A DNA stretch of 64,000 nucleotides from Amphiscolops sp. MND2022 (lineage: Eukaryota), in the NCBI GenBank assembly GCA_964187785.1, contig OZ076409.1, positions 99,388,001 through 99,452,000 on the forward strand. The letters are read 5' to 3'. Both the position numbers and the translations under genes were made by a program. Shown here piece by piece: positions 1 to 11,543 of this stretch. A model generated the notes under the pieces. That model was not told where the DNA came from and did not search any database. It saw only the letters and a program-made list of their open reading frames with translations. Position 1 is the stretch's first letter. Every line of letters begins with the position of its first letter.

Positions 1-924
1 AGAGTCTGATAATAGCCTCAATAAAAGAGTGGTTGCCCTTTGGAAAGAACACCGTTCTGAAATCAGTATCAAAAAATCAATATTCAAAAACAAAGTTGCA
101 ATTTATTTTCACACCAAAAATTAAGTGGGTAAGTGAAACAACCTCAACATAGTATGGAAGTTTGGAGATTTTACCGTTTCAAATGAAGTGTGTGTTGCTT
201 CAATGTTAATTGAAGTGTTAATTGAATGCCGAGAAACTGCTTGAACGAATTTTAACAAAAGGCGGTTAGTTTCTCGGCAATGAGAAAAAAGTTTTTAAAA
301 AGTCATTTTACATTTCTCACTGAAAAAATGATGGTTTTGAATGAAAAAATGACATTTTTTTTCCGAAATAAAACCAGTTTTTTATGAACACTTTATTTCC
401 TATAGGTTGGAAAAAATTTTCAGAATACTCTGAAACTGTTTTTTAAATGTTGCGTCACTGAAATGTACTACTACTTTTCAAATAACTTCACTAAGATCAC
501 ACTTTTAGAGATATTTTCTAGGGTTTGCATCTTTTTGGTGGTTGAATCCTCTAGTAAGTAAACCCCGTTCTGTGACAGAATCTAATAGTCACGATGCAGT
601 AGTCAACTTGAAGTCAAAAACAATGAATATTAAAAAAAAATTCGAGAACCTTCCACGAAATTTTTCTCCTTGGAAGAATCTTGCAAGGAAATTTTTTTTC
701 TTGCAAGATGACTTGCAGAAAAATGCATTATCTTGCAAGACCTTGAAAGAAAATCTTGCAAGATCCTTGCAAGGAACGCATTTTTTTTCAACCAGAGTAT
801 CCCTGGATGCTCAGTTTTGGAACCGGTGCCTTCGGAATCTTCGCACCCCGAATAACAAGGTTTGGCTTATCTGGCTTTCATTCACAACCCAGATGTGTTG
901 AAGTGCGGAGCAGTGATTGCGTTG

Positions 925-1241
925 GGTGGATTCCCAGATAACATGAGAGAGAACAAATAACATGAAAACATAATAAATTAGTTTCAAATAACATAAAAAT
1001 GAAATGAGTTTCTCTAAACATAGAAATAAATTGTTTACGAGAAAGTTTCAGTGGTCAAAAGCCTTCCCAATTCAAAAGATTCATTGAAAAAGTACGAAAA
1101 TTTTAGATGAAATTTCTTGAGTTCGATTGTTTAACCGGATATTCGGTTTTATTTTCATGTTATATTAAACTAATTTCATTTTTGTTAAATGGGACTAATT
1201 CCGTTTTTGTCATTTGCTCTTTTGTTATTTGGTTTGTAATC
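925..1241. mobile_element. ~315-bp Mutator-like MITE
   Basis: 9-bp TSD ATTGCGTTG (916-924, 1242-1250) and AAATAACA inverted subterminal repeats. Sister copies at 53134-53448 and ~57298-57599. Confidence 0.8.
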
Positions 1242-1267
1242 ATTGCGTTGGTTGTTTGACTTTTCAG

Positions 1268-1362
1268 GTTTTGGGGGAAGCTGTTTCCAGAAGGACATTC
1301 TCAACTTGGTCTACCTATGCGAGTCTCTCAACCTACAAGAGGTGGCCGACTATTTCTACAGG
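1268..1362 (+). CDS. UGDH: UDP-glucose 6-dehydrogenase, internal exon A (catalytic Cys motif)
   Basis: Acceptor ttttcag|, reads (G)[31 protein letters not shown], donor |gtatgt. GGSCFQKD is the UGDH catalytic motif. Upstream exons lie outside the window. Confidence 0.95.
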
Positions 1363-1651
1363 GTATGTATCACCTTTCTTCTTCTTCCCCAGTTACCACC
1401 TAATCTGGTAAACAACCTACAACCGAGACTGGTGATGGTGTCGTAATTCACACCAATTTATTTTGTCGTATTCTACAATGAAGATTCTCAATTCTATCAT
1501 TTAGGAGCTGCAGATTTTTTCATTTCAGAGAGCAAGGTTCCTGGTGGAAAAACGGTTCCTTTAATAATGGCATCTTTGAAACAGTCCGTGTAAAATAAAA
1601 GAGCCCGACTATTACAGTCCAGTCACTCGTTTTTAGTCGGCGTTTTTATAA

Positions 1652-2168
1652 AACAAGCCGGGAACGGCCCAAGTCGGCACCATATCTAAGGCTCAAATAT
1701 AACAAAAGGACTTCAAAGTGTCAAGTATTCTCTTCTACAGTACCCGTTTGAGGAAAAATTGAAAAATCCGATTTTTTTAAAATTTTTTTGGTCTCCCGTA
1801 AGTCGCATAGTGCCGAAACATGTAAAATGGGGCCCTTTGGAAGTTTTTTAACATCCATTCTTTTGCAAAATAGACAAAAAAATGAAGGGTGGACCCTTTG
1901 GAGATATTTGCGAAAAAAGTCTCACAAAGCCGAAAAAAAGTGCACAAAAAAATTTTGGTCATGGCGGGACTCGAACCCATGTCATTCTGCTTGTCAGACC
2001 TCGAAAAAGCCGTAGTGGGCAAGTGGCAGTGAAGTAGTGTGACACAGTTTAGTGTTAGTGCCGGTTTAGTGCCAACTTATAAAATTTATAAAATCTGTCA
2101 GTTCGTTGGTCTTAAAAAAAAGAAGTCACTACTATAGTCTGCGTTTTTCTTCGAAAAGCGCCGACTAA
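1652..2168 (-). mobile_element. Helentron-associated (DINE-1/HINE-like) element
   Basis: On the minus strand: TTAGTCGGCGC 5' subTIR with hairpin, 3' GTGCCGACT, GCCG-TTCC-CGGC hairpin and TTGTT end. Confidence 0.7.
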
Positions 2169-2287
2169 TAAAAGAGCTCGACTATTATTGCACATGACGA
2201 AGTCAATATGCATTGCAGTCCAGCTAAGTAAGTTTTTTTCCACTATAGTCAACTTCATAATGAGCGCCTTTTAGAAAAAAGCCAAAA

Positions 2288-2357
2288 CCCCAGAGAGATT
2301 CGAACCTGCAGCCTCCCGATTGCACAGCATAAGTGTTGACCACTGTGCCATAGGGAC
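2288..2357 (-). other. Degenerate tRNA-derived head (SINE-like, A and B boxes)
   Basis: Reverse complement has TGGCACAGTGG ... GGTTCGAATCT but no intact acceptor stem. Confidence 0.55.
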
Positions 2358-2410
2358 GTTATTGAACAAAGTTGAACTGTTGAATATATACGCATGCGAT
2401 TAAAATAATA

Positions 2411-2743
2411 CAGTGTATGACGCTGAAAAGTTAATAAACGACAATCAAAAATTAAGAACCAATCAGGTGAAAGATTGAATTTCCTAAATAGACAATCAAA
2501 ATTCAAAAATCAACACTGAGTTTTACTAATCCCTCCGCATACACTGCTCGCATACAGCGTGTAATTAAGATTGAAAGTTTGCGCCGCTATGCGAAGCAGC
2601 ATTTTCATTCTTTCGATAATCTTGAATGTCTGATTGTGAAAAGTTGATTGTCTATTTTATTTAATTAACCAATCGCAAACAAGCTGCTGCCGAGCGATGG
2701 AAATTTTGAATGACGTTTATTAAATTTTCAGCGTCATACACTG
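2411..2743. mobile_element. Tc1/mariner-type MITE
   Basis: 30-bp TIR CAGTGTATGACGCTGAAAA(G/T)TTAATAAACG with TA TSD. Confidence 0.88.
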
Positions 2744-3580
2744 TATATATACGCATATTAAAATAATCGATGTCTTCGTCATGTGTTGCGAAGCACCGCT
2801 TCGCCTCTGTGTAATAACTCGTTTTTTCTTTCTTTTTCAAGACACTCTAATGGATGAAATTCGTGTTCAGTTTGTTCAACTAAACGAATACGTGGGAAAC
2901 ACATATAAGTTATTGCAAAGGTCCCCCTTTCATTTTTTTGATATTTTGCAACAACTTGGATGTGGAAAAAGCCCAAATGGTCCCCCTTTTACATTTCGGC
3001 AGTCTGATATTACTGATATTGGGTTTTCAACATATATCCACCAATAACACCACCACCGGCGCTCACTCAACTTCTTACTTACACATTCATACACACACAG
3101 ATAATTAATCTTTATGGTTCGAGTCGCTGCTTCAGCCGGAAACTTGTTCGTTCATTTTTAAAACCGGACGAGAGTAAAGGGACCCCCTTTCAGCTTTTTC
3201 GGCGCTGTGAGACTTTTTTTTCGAAAATTTTTAATGTCTCCAAAGGCTACCCCTTCAATTTTTCGATATTTTGCAACAAATTGGATGTTAAAAAGCCCAA
3301 ATTCTCATTTTCGTCTGAAATCAAGTTTTCTCAATATAAATCCACCCATTATTGTTTCAACCCTATACGATTTTTGCGTTATATCCGAACTATATTGTGT
3401 TTTACTAAAGTGAAAAAAATGAGGCTGGGGTTCGAAAACACGCGAACCACTCCTTCTAGCGCGAAATCTTTGCGTGTTTCGACACTTTTATGTGAGTTTT
3501 TCATTTAAAAGTCTGGAGCCTAGTTTTAGAACTTTGCGCTTTTGGAGCCTTAGGTATAGCGCCGACTTGAGACGTTCCTG

Positions 3581-4120
3581 TTTTTAATATTTCTGCTTTA
3601 GCAGGAATTTTATTGAAATCCGAAAACGTCTACTTATTTTTTTTCAGTACAATTTTTCGGACGATCTGAATAATTCAGATAGTTTGTTCGGCAGTGAGTG
3701 TAAGCGAGAGAGCTGCCGAAGACAATTCAATTCTAGTACGATGGAACGAGCGAGTGGTAATTATCCATTCGTATGCTGACGTCATTGAGATGAAGCGAGC
3801 GAATGTTCGTAATTGTGCTTTCGTTGCCCCGAGTTATTGAGATGAAGCGAATGAGTGTTAATTATTCGTTCGTTGAGAGCTTCGCCTGCATTCAAATGCG
3901 AATGCGAAACTTCGTCTACGCTTAGTAGTTATATTTTCTTTAGTCCGAGAAGAATTAAAGGCGGTGTAAACTTGTACAGTGATTACATGTAATTGTGCGC
4001 TAAATAATGATTAAACAAGAGTGTATTGGTATTCCAGATATGATTCTTTTATTAATGAATTTTTTGTTTCAAAAAAAATAAAGATTAAAGCAGAAATAGT
4101 ACTGAGCCCCGGAGGGGCTT
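3581..4120. repeat. Dispersed repeat; second copy at ~62478-63530
   Basis: Long, highly similar block (gaacgagcgagtggtaattatccattcg...gagccccggagg). This copy is the empty site for the hAT element at 62938. Confidence 0.85.
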
Positions 4121-4364
4121 ATTTTGTTATAAGGTTTTTTTCTGAATGAAAACTACTATGTGTGTTTTTCATGTATGACATTATATCCGAAGTAGCGAAG
4201 TAGTAAGTCGCGTTTCACTAAAAAGGAGGTCGAAGTTCGAAAATATTGCGCTATATTCTTTCCGACGCTAAATCCGAACTATATTGCGTTTTACTGAGGA
4301 GGAAACGTCAAAAGTTCTAATATAGCGTGCTGAGACAAATAGGAAAAGCATTCCTATTTGTCTC

Positions 4365-5399
4365 CCCTAAGTTGCAAAAATCACAACTCTTGCAAAATTT
4401 TTACAAGAATTCTTGTAAGATCTTGTAAGAAAATGCATTTTTAGAATCTAACTCTTGCAAAATCTTGCAAGATTTGCATTTTTCTGCTCAGAATGTTACA
4501 AAAAATGCATAAATCCGACCATTTTTTTGCCTAAGAAAAATTGAACGGCTGCAAAAGAAAAACTATCTGTACGCGAAAAATGACACAATTGCCCATATTA
4601 GAGCATCTAGATTTTATATTATCGGAATGCCTTATTTGCATCATGAGTATTGTTTGATGTTATATTGTTGTAAAGCTTTCGCTTACAACATTAAAGCCCT
4701 GCGTGGGGTCAGTGCCTCTGAGAGAGCAATGTCCTCCATTCTCAGCAGTCTCATGACTAGTTGAAATGGGCTGGAGAAGAAATGAAACCGATGGTTGAAT
4801 ATAGGTAGAATTTTTAGGGTTTTTATAGTTTTCAATATGACATTGCACAGGTGGTTTTGTAGTATTTTTACTGATTTTCTCCATCACAGTAGCTGACAGC
4901 AGGTTCGGGTTAGAACCGTTAGAAAGCCCTTGGAATGTATTTTCAATTGGTACCATGTTCATATTCCTATCATCATTAGCTGAAGAGTTCGCGGAGTTTT
5001 TGTCCGGAGTTTCATAGCTGGAATACGTTATAGTAATTTCTGGGGTAAAATTGCATGTAAAATTTTCTTGCTCAAAATTAACAATTTGGAGCTTTTTGCT
5101 GGGATCCCGGGACAGTTTGTGCATTGTAAACGGCAACTGTGGCTGTTGTTGCTGGTAGTTTGATGATTTTTGAAGTTTTGGTCGAATTAACACATCACAT
5201 TTTTTGCAAGAATTTTTTACCAAAAAAAATGCATTTTTTGCAAAAATGTTATCAGAATCTTGTAAGAAATGTTCGACATTGTAACAAATTTGCAAAATTT
5301 GCGATTCTTGTACAAACTTGTAAGATTCTTGCAAGAAATGCAAAGCTGACGAGAATTTTGGAAGAATTTTGCAAGATTTGTGATTCTTGTAACCTAGGG
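4365..5399. mobile_element. CMC/EnSpm-like non-autonomous DNA transposon
   Basis: CCC...GGG termini, ~35-bp imperfect TIR, 2-bp TSD TC and many CTTGCAAG-type subterminal repeats. It interrupts atttgtctcagcacgcta, seen intact at 5631. Confidence 0.75.
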
Positions 5400-6732
5400 T
5401 CAGCACGCTATATTCGAACTTTTGACGTTATATCCCCAGTAAATGGCGTTTCACTAAGGAGGAAGCGAAGGTTCGAAATATTGCGCTATATCAGAGTAAA
5501 TTGCTCTGTATTAAGGAAGAGTACGAAGTTTAAAAAAGCGATCCTATGTGGCCAAGCACGCTATATTTGAACTTTTGACGTTATACCCAAACTACAGTGC
5601 TTTTCTTTGAGGAGGCGTAGGATCGTTCACATTTGTCTCAGCACGCTATAGCTGTGTTTTGTTCGGCACTGTTCGACTTCTCGAAAATCATTTTATTTTT
5701 ACCGAAGGGTCCCCGTCGGTTTTTCCCGTGTTTCAACTTCCAAAAAGCCGCTTTTCAAGCCTATTGAGGGTTCTCAGATTTTGTTCAGAATTTTTCTCAT
5801 TTCGTCCTTGATTTTTTCATGTTCTCAGTTAAGGCGATAAATTTTAGAAGCTTAAAAGGTCTTCAGGTTTTTTGGTACTGTGCGACTTTTTTGGGAAGAA
5901 ATGTCAATTTAGCCTTTTAGTTGGCGGTTTTCTTTGAAAAGAGTCGACTATAGTCATGGCTTTTCGTCAGTGTTTTTCTTTCGATACACCTGAAGTGACC
6001 AAAATAGGTCTACCAAATTTCAAGGCGCCAAATTGTAACTGTTGGGAACTGAACAAAAAAGTTTTTTTTTCTTTTTGTCCTCCTATCATACAATACCGGG
6101 CGAGACTAAAGGGTCCACTCTTTCAGTTTTTTCGGCACTGTGAGACTTTTTTTCGAAAGAAAAATCCCCAAAGGTTCTTCTTTTTTTGATGATTTGCGAC
6201 AGAATGTAAACAAAATGTCAAAGCGTCCCCCCTGGCGCTCTAATTCAGTCCAACTTTTGGGTTTTCGGGTACTGTGGAGGAGAATACTTTGACACTTTGA
6301 AGTAATTTCAGTTTGCGTTTGGTTATTTTTTCCTTGATTTGTTTTAAGCTGAAGATGATGATTGTCAGCATTTTCTCCAGGTATTGTCAGAAGTAATTAT
6401 CTCAAACTCAAAAAGAAGGTGATTTAAATTAAGGATGGTACATCGTATGGCCGATCGGTAATAATGCAGAATTAAGTTTTAGCAGCACCGAATTGAATAT
6501 CCAATGGTGATTGGTCGCTCCATTCTCAAATATGAAACTATCATGTAAACGAAAGTCAATGTGCTAAATTGCCTAATTCGTCGTCCAAACAGAGTTGAGA
6601 TAGGTTTCATATTTGTTCTTCTTTAATAAGCTCGTTCGGCTATACGAACGGTGATCTTTATTCATATTTTTGTGCGCAAAATTGAATGTTTTCGACGAAG
6701 CGAGTTTCCATGCCGCAGCGTAGGTCTTGCGT

Positions 6733-7195
6733 CAGGGTGACCGGTTGGGTCTCTTTAAAGCGATCTGGTTGCTTTTGGTCGCTTTTTTCCCAAAGTCGCT
6801 TTTTGGTCGCTTTTTTTCCCAAAGTCGCTTTTTGGTCGCTTTTTTTCCCAAAGTCGCTTTTTAGTCGCTTTTTACGCTATAAGAGATTAAGTGCTGAGTT
6901 AAGTGCCCAAAGTGGACACAGAAACGTCATATCTGGAAATATCATTGACTCTTTCTTTACGCAATAAGTTTTGAATGCTTTTATAGTATTTTCATAGTAT
7001 AGGTTATAGTATAGCTTTATAGGTTAGTATACCTACCTCAGATATTCTGTTCAACATTTTGTTCCTATTATAATTTATGGTTGCTAAAACATGTTTATTG
7101 AAGAAACGTTAGGAAACTTTTTTTAAGTTAAAAAACGTAAATTCCTATGATTTTAATTGGGTCGCTGTTTTGTTGAAGAAAAGCTGGCCACCCTG
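6733..7195. mobile_element. hAT-like MITE with internal ~28-bp tandem repeats
   Basis: TIR CAGGGTG(A/G)CC; TSD TCTTGCGT/TCTTGCGC (7 of 8 match). Confidence 0.8.
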
Positions 7196-7226
7196 TCTTG
7201 CGCTGATAAGGAGTGGGTGTGTTTAG

Positions 7227-7357
7227 ATCATAACCATGAATGACTACCAGAGACGCAGGTTCGCCCGGCAGATCCTCACAACTCTCTTCGACTCTGTGAG
7301 CAACAAGAAGATTGCAGTGCTAGGGTTCGCCTTCAAGAAGAACACAGGCGATACCAG
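7227..7357 (+). CDS. UGDH: UGDH exon B
   Basis: gtttag|ATC..., reads [43 protein letters not shown](R), donor |gtacgt. Phase 0 at the start matches exon A. Confidence 0.95.
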
Positions 7358-7361
7358 GTAC

Positions 7362-7362
<1 letters not shown>

Positions 7363-7423
<61 letters not shown>

Positions 7424-7445
7424 GTCTCTGTCACTGTCTCTGTCT
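7363..7445. repeat. (TCTG)n / (TCTGTC)n microsatellite
   Basis: Seen directly, starting just after the exon B donor. Confidence 0.95.
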
Positions 7446-8632
7446 CGTCTACCTTCGGATCTCTTTCACTGTGCCCCCCCTCCTATTGACTCGTTGCACT
7501 ATGTCCCCCCTTTTTGTGTCCTTTCACTATGCCCCCTTTTTTGGTCAGCGCTTTTGAAGAAAAGTGCCCGACTATTACAGTGGGTAGTTTTTTTAGACAC
7601 GTAAGGTCCACTTTTTTGTTCATTTGTTCGATAATTTGAACTACTGAGGTTCAAAACATTCGAAACCTCAGAACCTCGTCCAAAAAAACAAAATCAACGT
7701 CCAGAACCTCGAAAACATACTAAGGATCCCCCTTTGGCTGTTTTCATCTTGGCGTTTTTCACAATTTTTTGGCACTGAGACTTTCGAAAAATTTTCGATT
7801 GCACCAAAGATCATAAATTTTGATCATAAAACATGCCGATAAAACTTACAAATATTTATTTCTTTCAATTATTTCACAATAATTTTGGACCTGTTAAAAT
7901 AAAAATTATTCTTGAGATAATTAATTAAAATAAATAACGTTTGATTTAACTTGTCATTCGAGATCACCGTCGAAAGGGGAGGACAAAGTGAAACACTTTT
8001 AAAAACATATACAGTACTGTGATTGAGAAAACGTCCACCGGGGAGATTTTAGACTCGATTTTCTCGAAATCTGTCAAGAATTTTGAAAAATCAGGGGAAA
8101 AAATTCTTAGAATTTCATCTAGTTTATATTAGTGTTTTACAAAATTTTTCTGGGACAAACAATTTGGGACAGAAAGTTACAAATAACTGATTTAGAGCAA
8201 ATTTGGGAATTTGGTATTGCGAATGGACGCCAATAAGTTAACAATTCAATAATTATTGCAGTTATTTTTTATTCTATTATTTATTACCAAGGTCTGGAGA
8301 GGATCCACGCTAAAATTTAAAGAATGATTCGGCTTTTTCTGGCTCTTTTCTGTTTCCCCCCCCCCCCCACCATCAAAATTTTTGAAAATATTTTTCCTTA
8401 AAAACATTAGACTAACCTTATTAAAAGGAGAACCTTCTTTCATAACAGGAAGTTAACTTCTATTAGAGTAGTTTTCCGCTTGAACAAAACATTGTTCACA
8501 CAATTTGACTATAATTATGTTCGTATTGAGTGTTTATTGATGACTCAAAACAGGAAGCTGTTGATTTCTTCATCAAAAATACGTAAATACAAAGGGAAAA
8601 AGTGTGAACAAAGTTTGTATCTGCATCCTAAA

Positions 8633-9124
8633 CAGGGGTGTTCGAAAATTAATTGCAATCAATTTAATTGCAATCAATTGAAAATTTTCAGGGAGCAATT
8701 AATTGATTTCTCAAAAGAGCAATGATCAATTAATTGATTTCGAAAGTCAATATATTGCAATTACTTTCTCCGTGAGCAATACTCGAAAAACGGAAACTTG
8801 TGTAAAAGCAAACCGATCTTTTACAAAGATACAGCTTTTCTTGTGCCGACATCGAATATTCTGGAACGATTTTTCAGTGCAGCAAAATTCGCGTTCAACG
8901 ACCATCGGCAGCAACTATCACCTGTAAACCTGGAAGGACAGCTTTTTCTGAAGTTGAACAGTCGATTTTGGGATGAAAACACTGTTTTTAGCGTTTGTGA
9001 GAATAATTGCAATTAATTGTAAATAGTAACAATCAATTGATTTTGAGTTTGTGCAATTTTAAATTAATTGATTTTTGCATGTCAATTGATTTTTTGTCAT
9101 GAAATCAATTTTCGAACACCCCTG
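8633..9124 (+). mobile_element. Non-autonomous hAT element retaining a hATC dimerisation fragment
   Basis: TIR CAGGGGTGTTCGAAAATT, perfect 8-bp TSD ATCCTAAA, peptide PTSNILERFFS. An empty paralogous site lies at ~16728. Confidence 0.92.
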
Positions 9125-9553
9125 ATCCTAAACTATCACCCTTAGAATAAATTTAAAACTGAAGCTTTCTTGTTTGTATCCAAGTCTATTTGTTATAAGA
9201 TTTTCACTAATTTTCCAAAAAAAATTTTTGATGGTGGGGGGGAAAACAGAAAAGAGCCCTTTTTCTGTTCTGTTTCTGGTTTGTATTGACAAAGTCTTTT
9301 TGTTATATTATTTTTCCTAATTTTCTAAAAAAAATTGTGGTGGGCGGAAAACATAAAAGAACCAATGGTTCGAGTAATAGTCAATTATTCAAACCATTTC
9401 GATCAATTATTACCATTCCGATTGAGTAAATTGTAAAATGAGCGAAAATTATGTCTATGGGAAGTCATCAAACGGTTAAGACGTAAAGTGTTTTAGAAAT
9501 TCAAAAAGAATGTAAGAATTTAGCTTTTCAACGAATAAGAAGATAAAAAAGAT

Positions 9554-9626
9554 TGGAGATGCGGGGCATCGATCCCCGTACCTCTCGCATGCTAAGCGAG
9601 CGCTCTACCATTTGAGCTACATCCCC
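9554..9626 (-). tRNA. tRNA-Ala(AGC)
   Basis: Reverse complement GGGGATGTAGCTCAAATGGTAGAGCGCTCGCTTAGCATGCGAGAGGTACGGGGATCGATGCCCCGCATCTCCA. Forms a cloverleaf with the G3:U70 identity pair and is followed by a T6 terminator. Confidence 0.95.
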
Positions 9627-11249
9627 TTGGTTAGAGTGAGTTCTGATATGTTCATATTTCAAAGATTTCACTCTGGTTCGTAGTTTCATGCATTGAACAC
9701 TGAATTTGGATTTAATTATGACGCCTCCTTTAAAGCCAGACCTTGGTTTAAAGCTTCAGTTGTATGAAATATAAATTGGACGACTTCGTTATTCGCGTGA
9801 TTACAATACAATGTACTTTACATTCGCGTGTATTGTTTTCATTATCGTCTGTCTTCATCTGATTCACATTCATTCAATGGTGTCAAGTTCCGGGGATTTT
9901 GTTAATTTATGCATTTCATGATTAATTTTGCGCTGTTGAAGAATCAAGAATATAACCGGAATAAATTCACTTGAAAACTGTGTTCTTTTTGGAAAAGGGT
10001 ACCTAGCAGAAAATACTAATTGTCGAGAAATATTTTGAATCATTTCTTGAACAGTGTTTGTAACAATGATTGTTAACTGTGGTTGAAGAATTTTAGATCA
10101 GTTATGAGCTCTCGCTTCCTGGCATTTCGTGAAACATTTTCGCCTTTTACTAAAGTGTTCCGTGCCTGGGAGCAAATTGAGTATTATCTTCTTTTTCACG
10201 CCTTGCAGACATGCAAGGTATCACCAACCTGAATATTATAGAGTTGAATCAGTAGTTTTCTGTTAACTCCTATCCCTAAAACTTTTCCGATAATTTTATA
10301 CCATTAATTGTTACCATTGGGCTCCGCAAAAATTTACACCACGTTCGCAGAGTTCAGTTTTGAGTAGAGCCAGGGGTTGAAAAAATATATCCCTGGGTTT
10401 TTTCGCCATTCTAGAACTTAGTTTTTTGGCGTTATGCTGCCGGTTTGGATAAAAATTGAACAGCTCCAAAAATGAGCGCTTATGCTGAACCCGAAAAAGT
10501 ATCGAGAAAAAAGGGTACTCCTGACTAAAAGTGGTCCCTATAAAACTTATGCAGCCGGCCTGAAAACTCCTGACTAAGTGTGGTCCCTAGAAGAGGTTAG
10601 CATATTTGTTGTATGGCTCGTTCGTTGTTTCCTATCTCCTTTTTTTTAAGAACTATTTGAAATCAATCTTGTATTAGGTTAACCTAATTAGGATCCCTTG
10701 AGATTGACACGTTATTAATTGAGCTTCGATGTTGCTACTTCCTCCCTTCGGGATACTAGCCTCTCGATCAGGTTTGAGGTTGGCAATAAAAATCTTGTTT
10801 CAATGTAACCGTTGTCATGTTCAGCTTTTGTTAACTTTCGTCGTTTCATAAATTCCGCAACCGACGTGATTTGACATAACAACGAGTAAATCAAAAGTAT
10901 TACAATTAATTGCAATTAATTGCATCTAGCAATCAATTAATTGCAATTGCTGGAAGTCTGCAATCAATTAATTGATTGCAATAAATAGCAATTAATTTTT
11001 CTACAATTAATTTTTGACAGCCCCTGGGTGGGGAACAGAAAAGAGCCCAATAAAATAAGCTGTTGATTTATTTCTTCATCAAAAATGAGTGACTTCAAAG
11101 GCAAAAATAGCGTGAACAAAGTTGGTATCTGATTCCTAAACTGTCTTCCTGAGAAAAAAATATAAATGTACAGGTTTCAAATTTAGTTCGAAGTCTTTTC
11201 ATTATAATATTTGCACAGAAATGTTGGTTCTTTTGTTATAACTATTTGT

Positions 11250-11318
11250 CTGGTACATTGAAGGACTGTATCTACAAACTTTGTCTGCAGTGGGGAATAT
11301 TGTTCGATATAAAATTTC
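11250..11318 (-). pseudogene. Relic of an older related LINE (ORF1 fragment), left part of the target site
   Basis: Translates EILYRTIFPTADKVCRYSPSMY versus EILNRTIFPTADEVWRYSPSMY in the full-length element (15461-15528). Confidence 0.8.
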
Positions 11319-11543
11319 TTTTTTTTAAAGAAGTAAATTAATTTGTAAGAATGAAAAGCCACTCAAAAGAAGGACTTACAAATGTATAACCACAGTTATA
11401 AACAAAGAATCAATCAAATTTACACATGAACAAAAAATTGATCAAGAGTGTCAAATTTAAATGAAAAAACTTTAAAAATGAAAGTGAAAATTAGAAGAGT
11501 ACTGAGATAGCTCTCTATAAAAATTTTGTTATTGCTGTTTTTT

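Noticed and set aside
2288..2357. Possible third tRNA gene
   Set aside because: A and B boxes are present but the acceptor stem does not pair; treated as a SINE-like head.
4660..5406. 248-aa minus-strand ORF
   Set aside because: It starts outside and runs through the TIR and subterminal repeats of a non-autonomous element. No recognisable domain; at most a captured fragment.
7358..7604. VCLS-repeat extension of the UGDH ORF
   Set aside because: It is translation of an intronic (TCTG)n microsatellite beyond the splice donor.
10371..11026. Single hAT element bounded by CAGGGG...CCCCTG
   Set aside because: The ends match only over the first bases and there is no TSD; probably two truncated elements.
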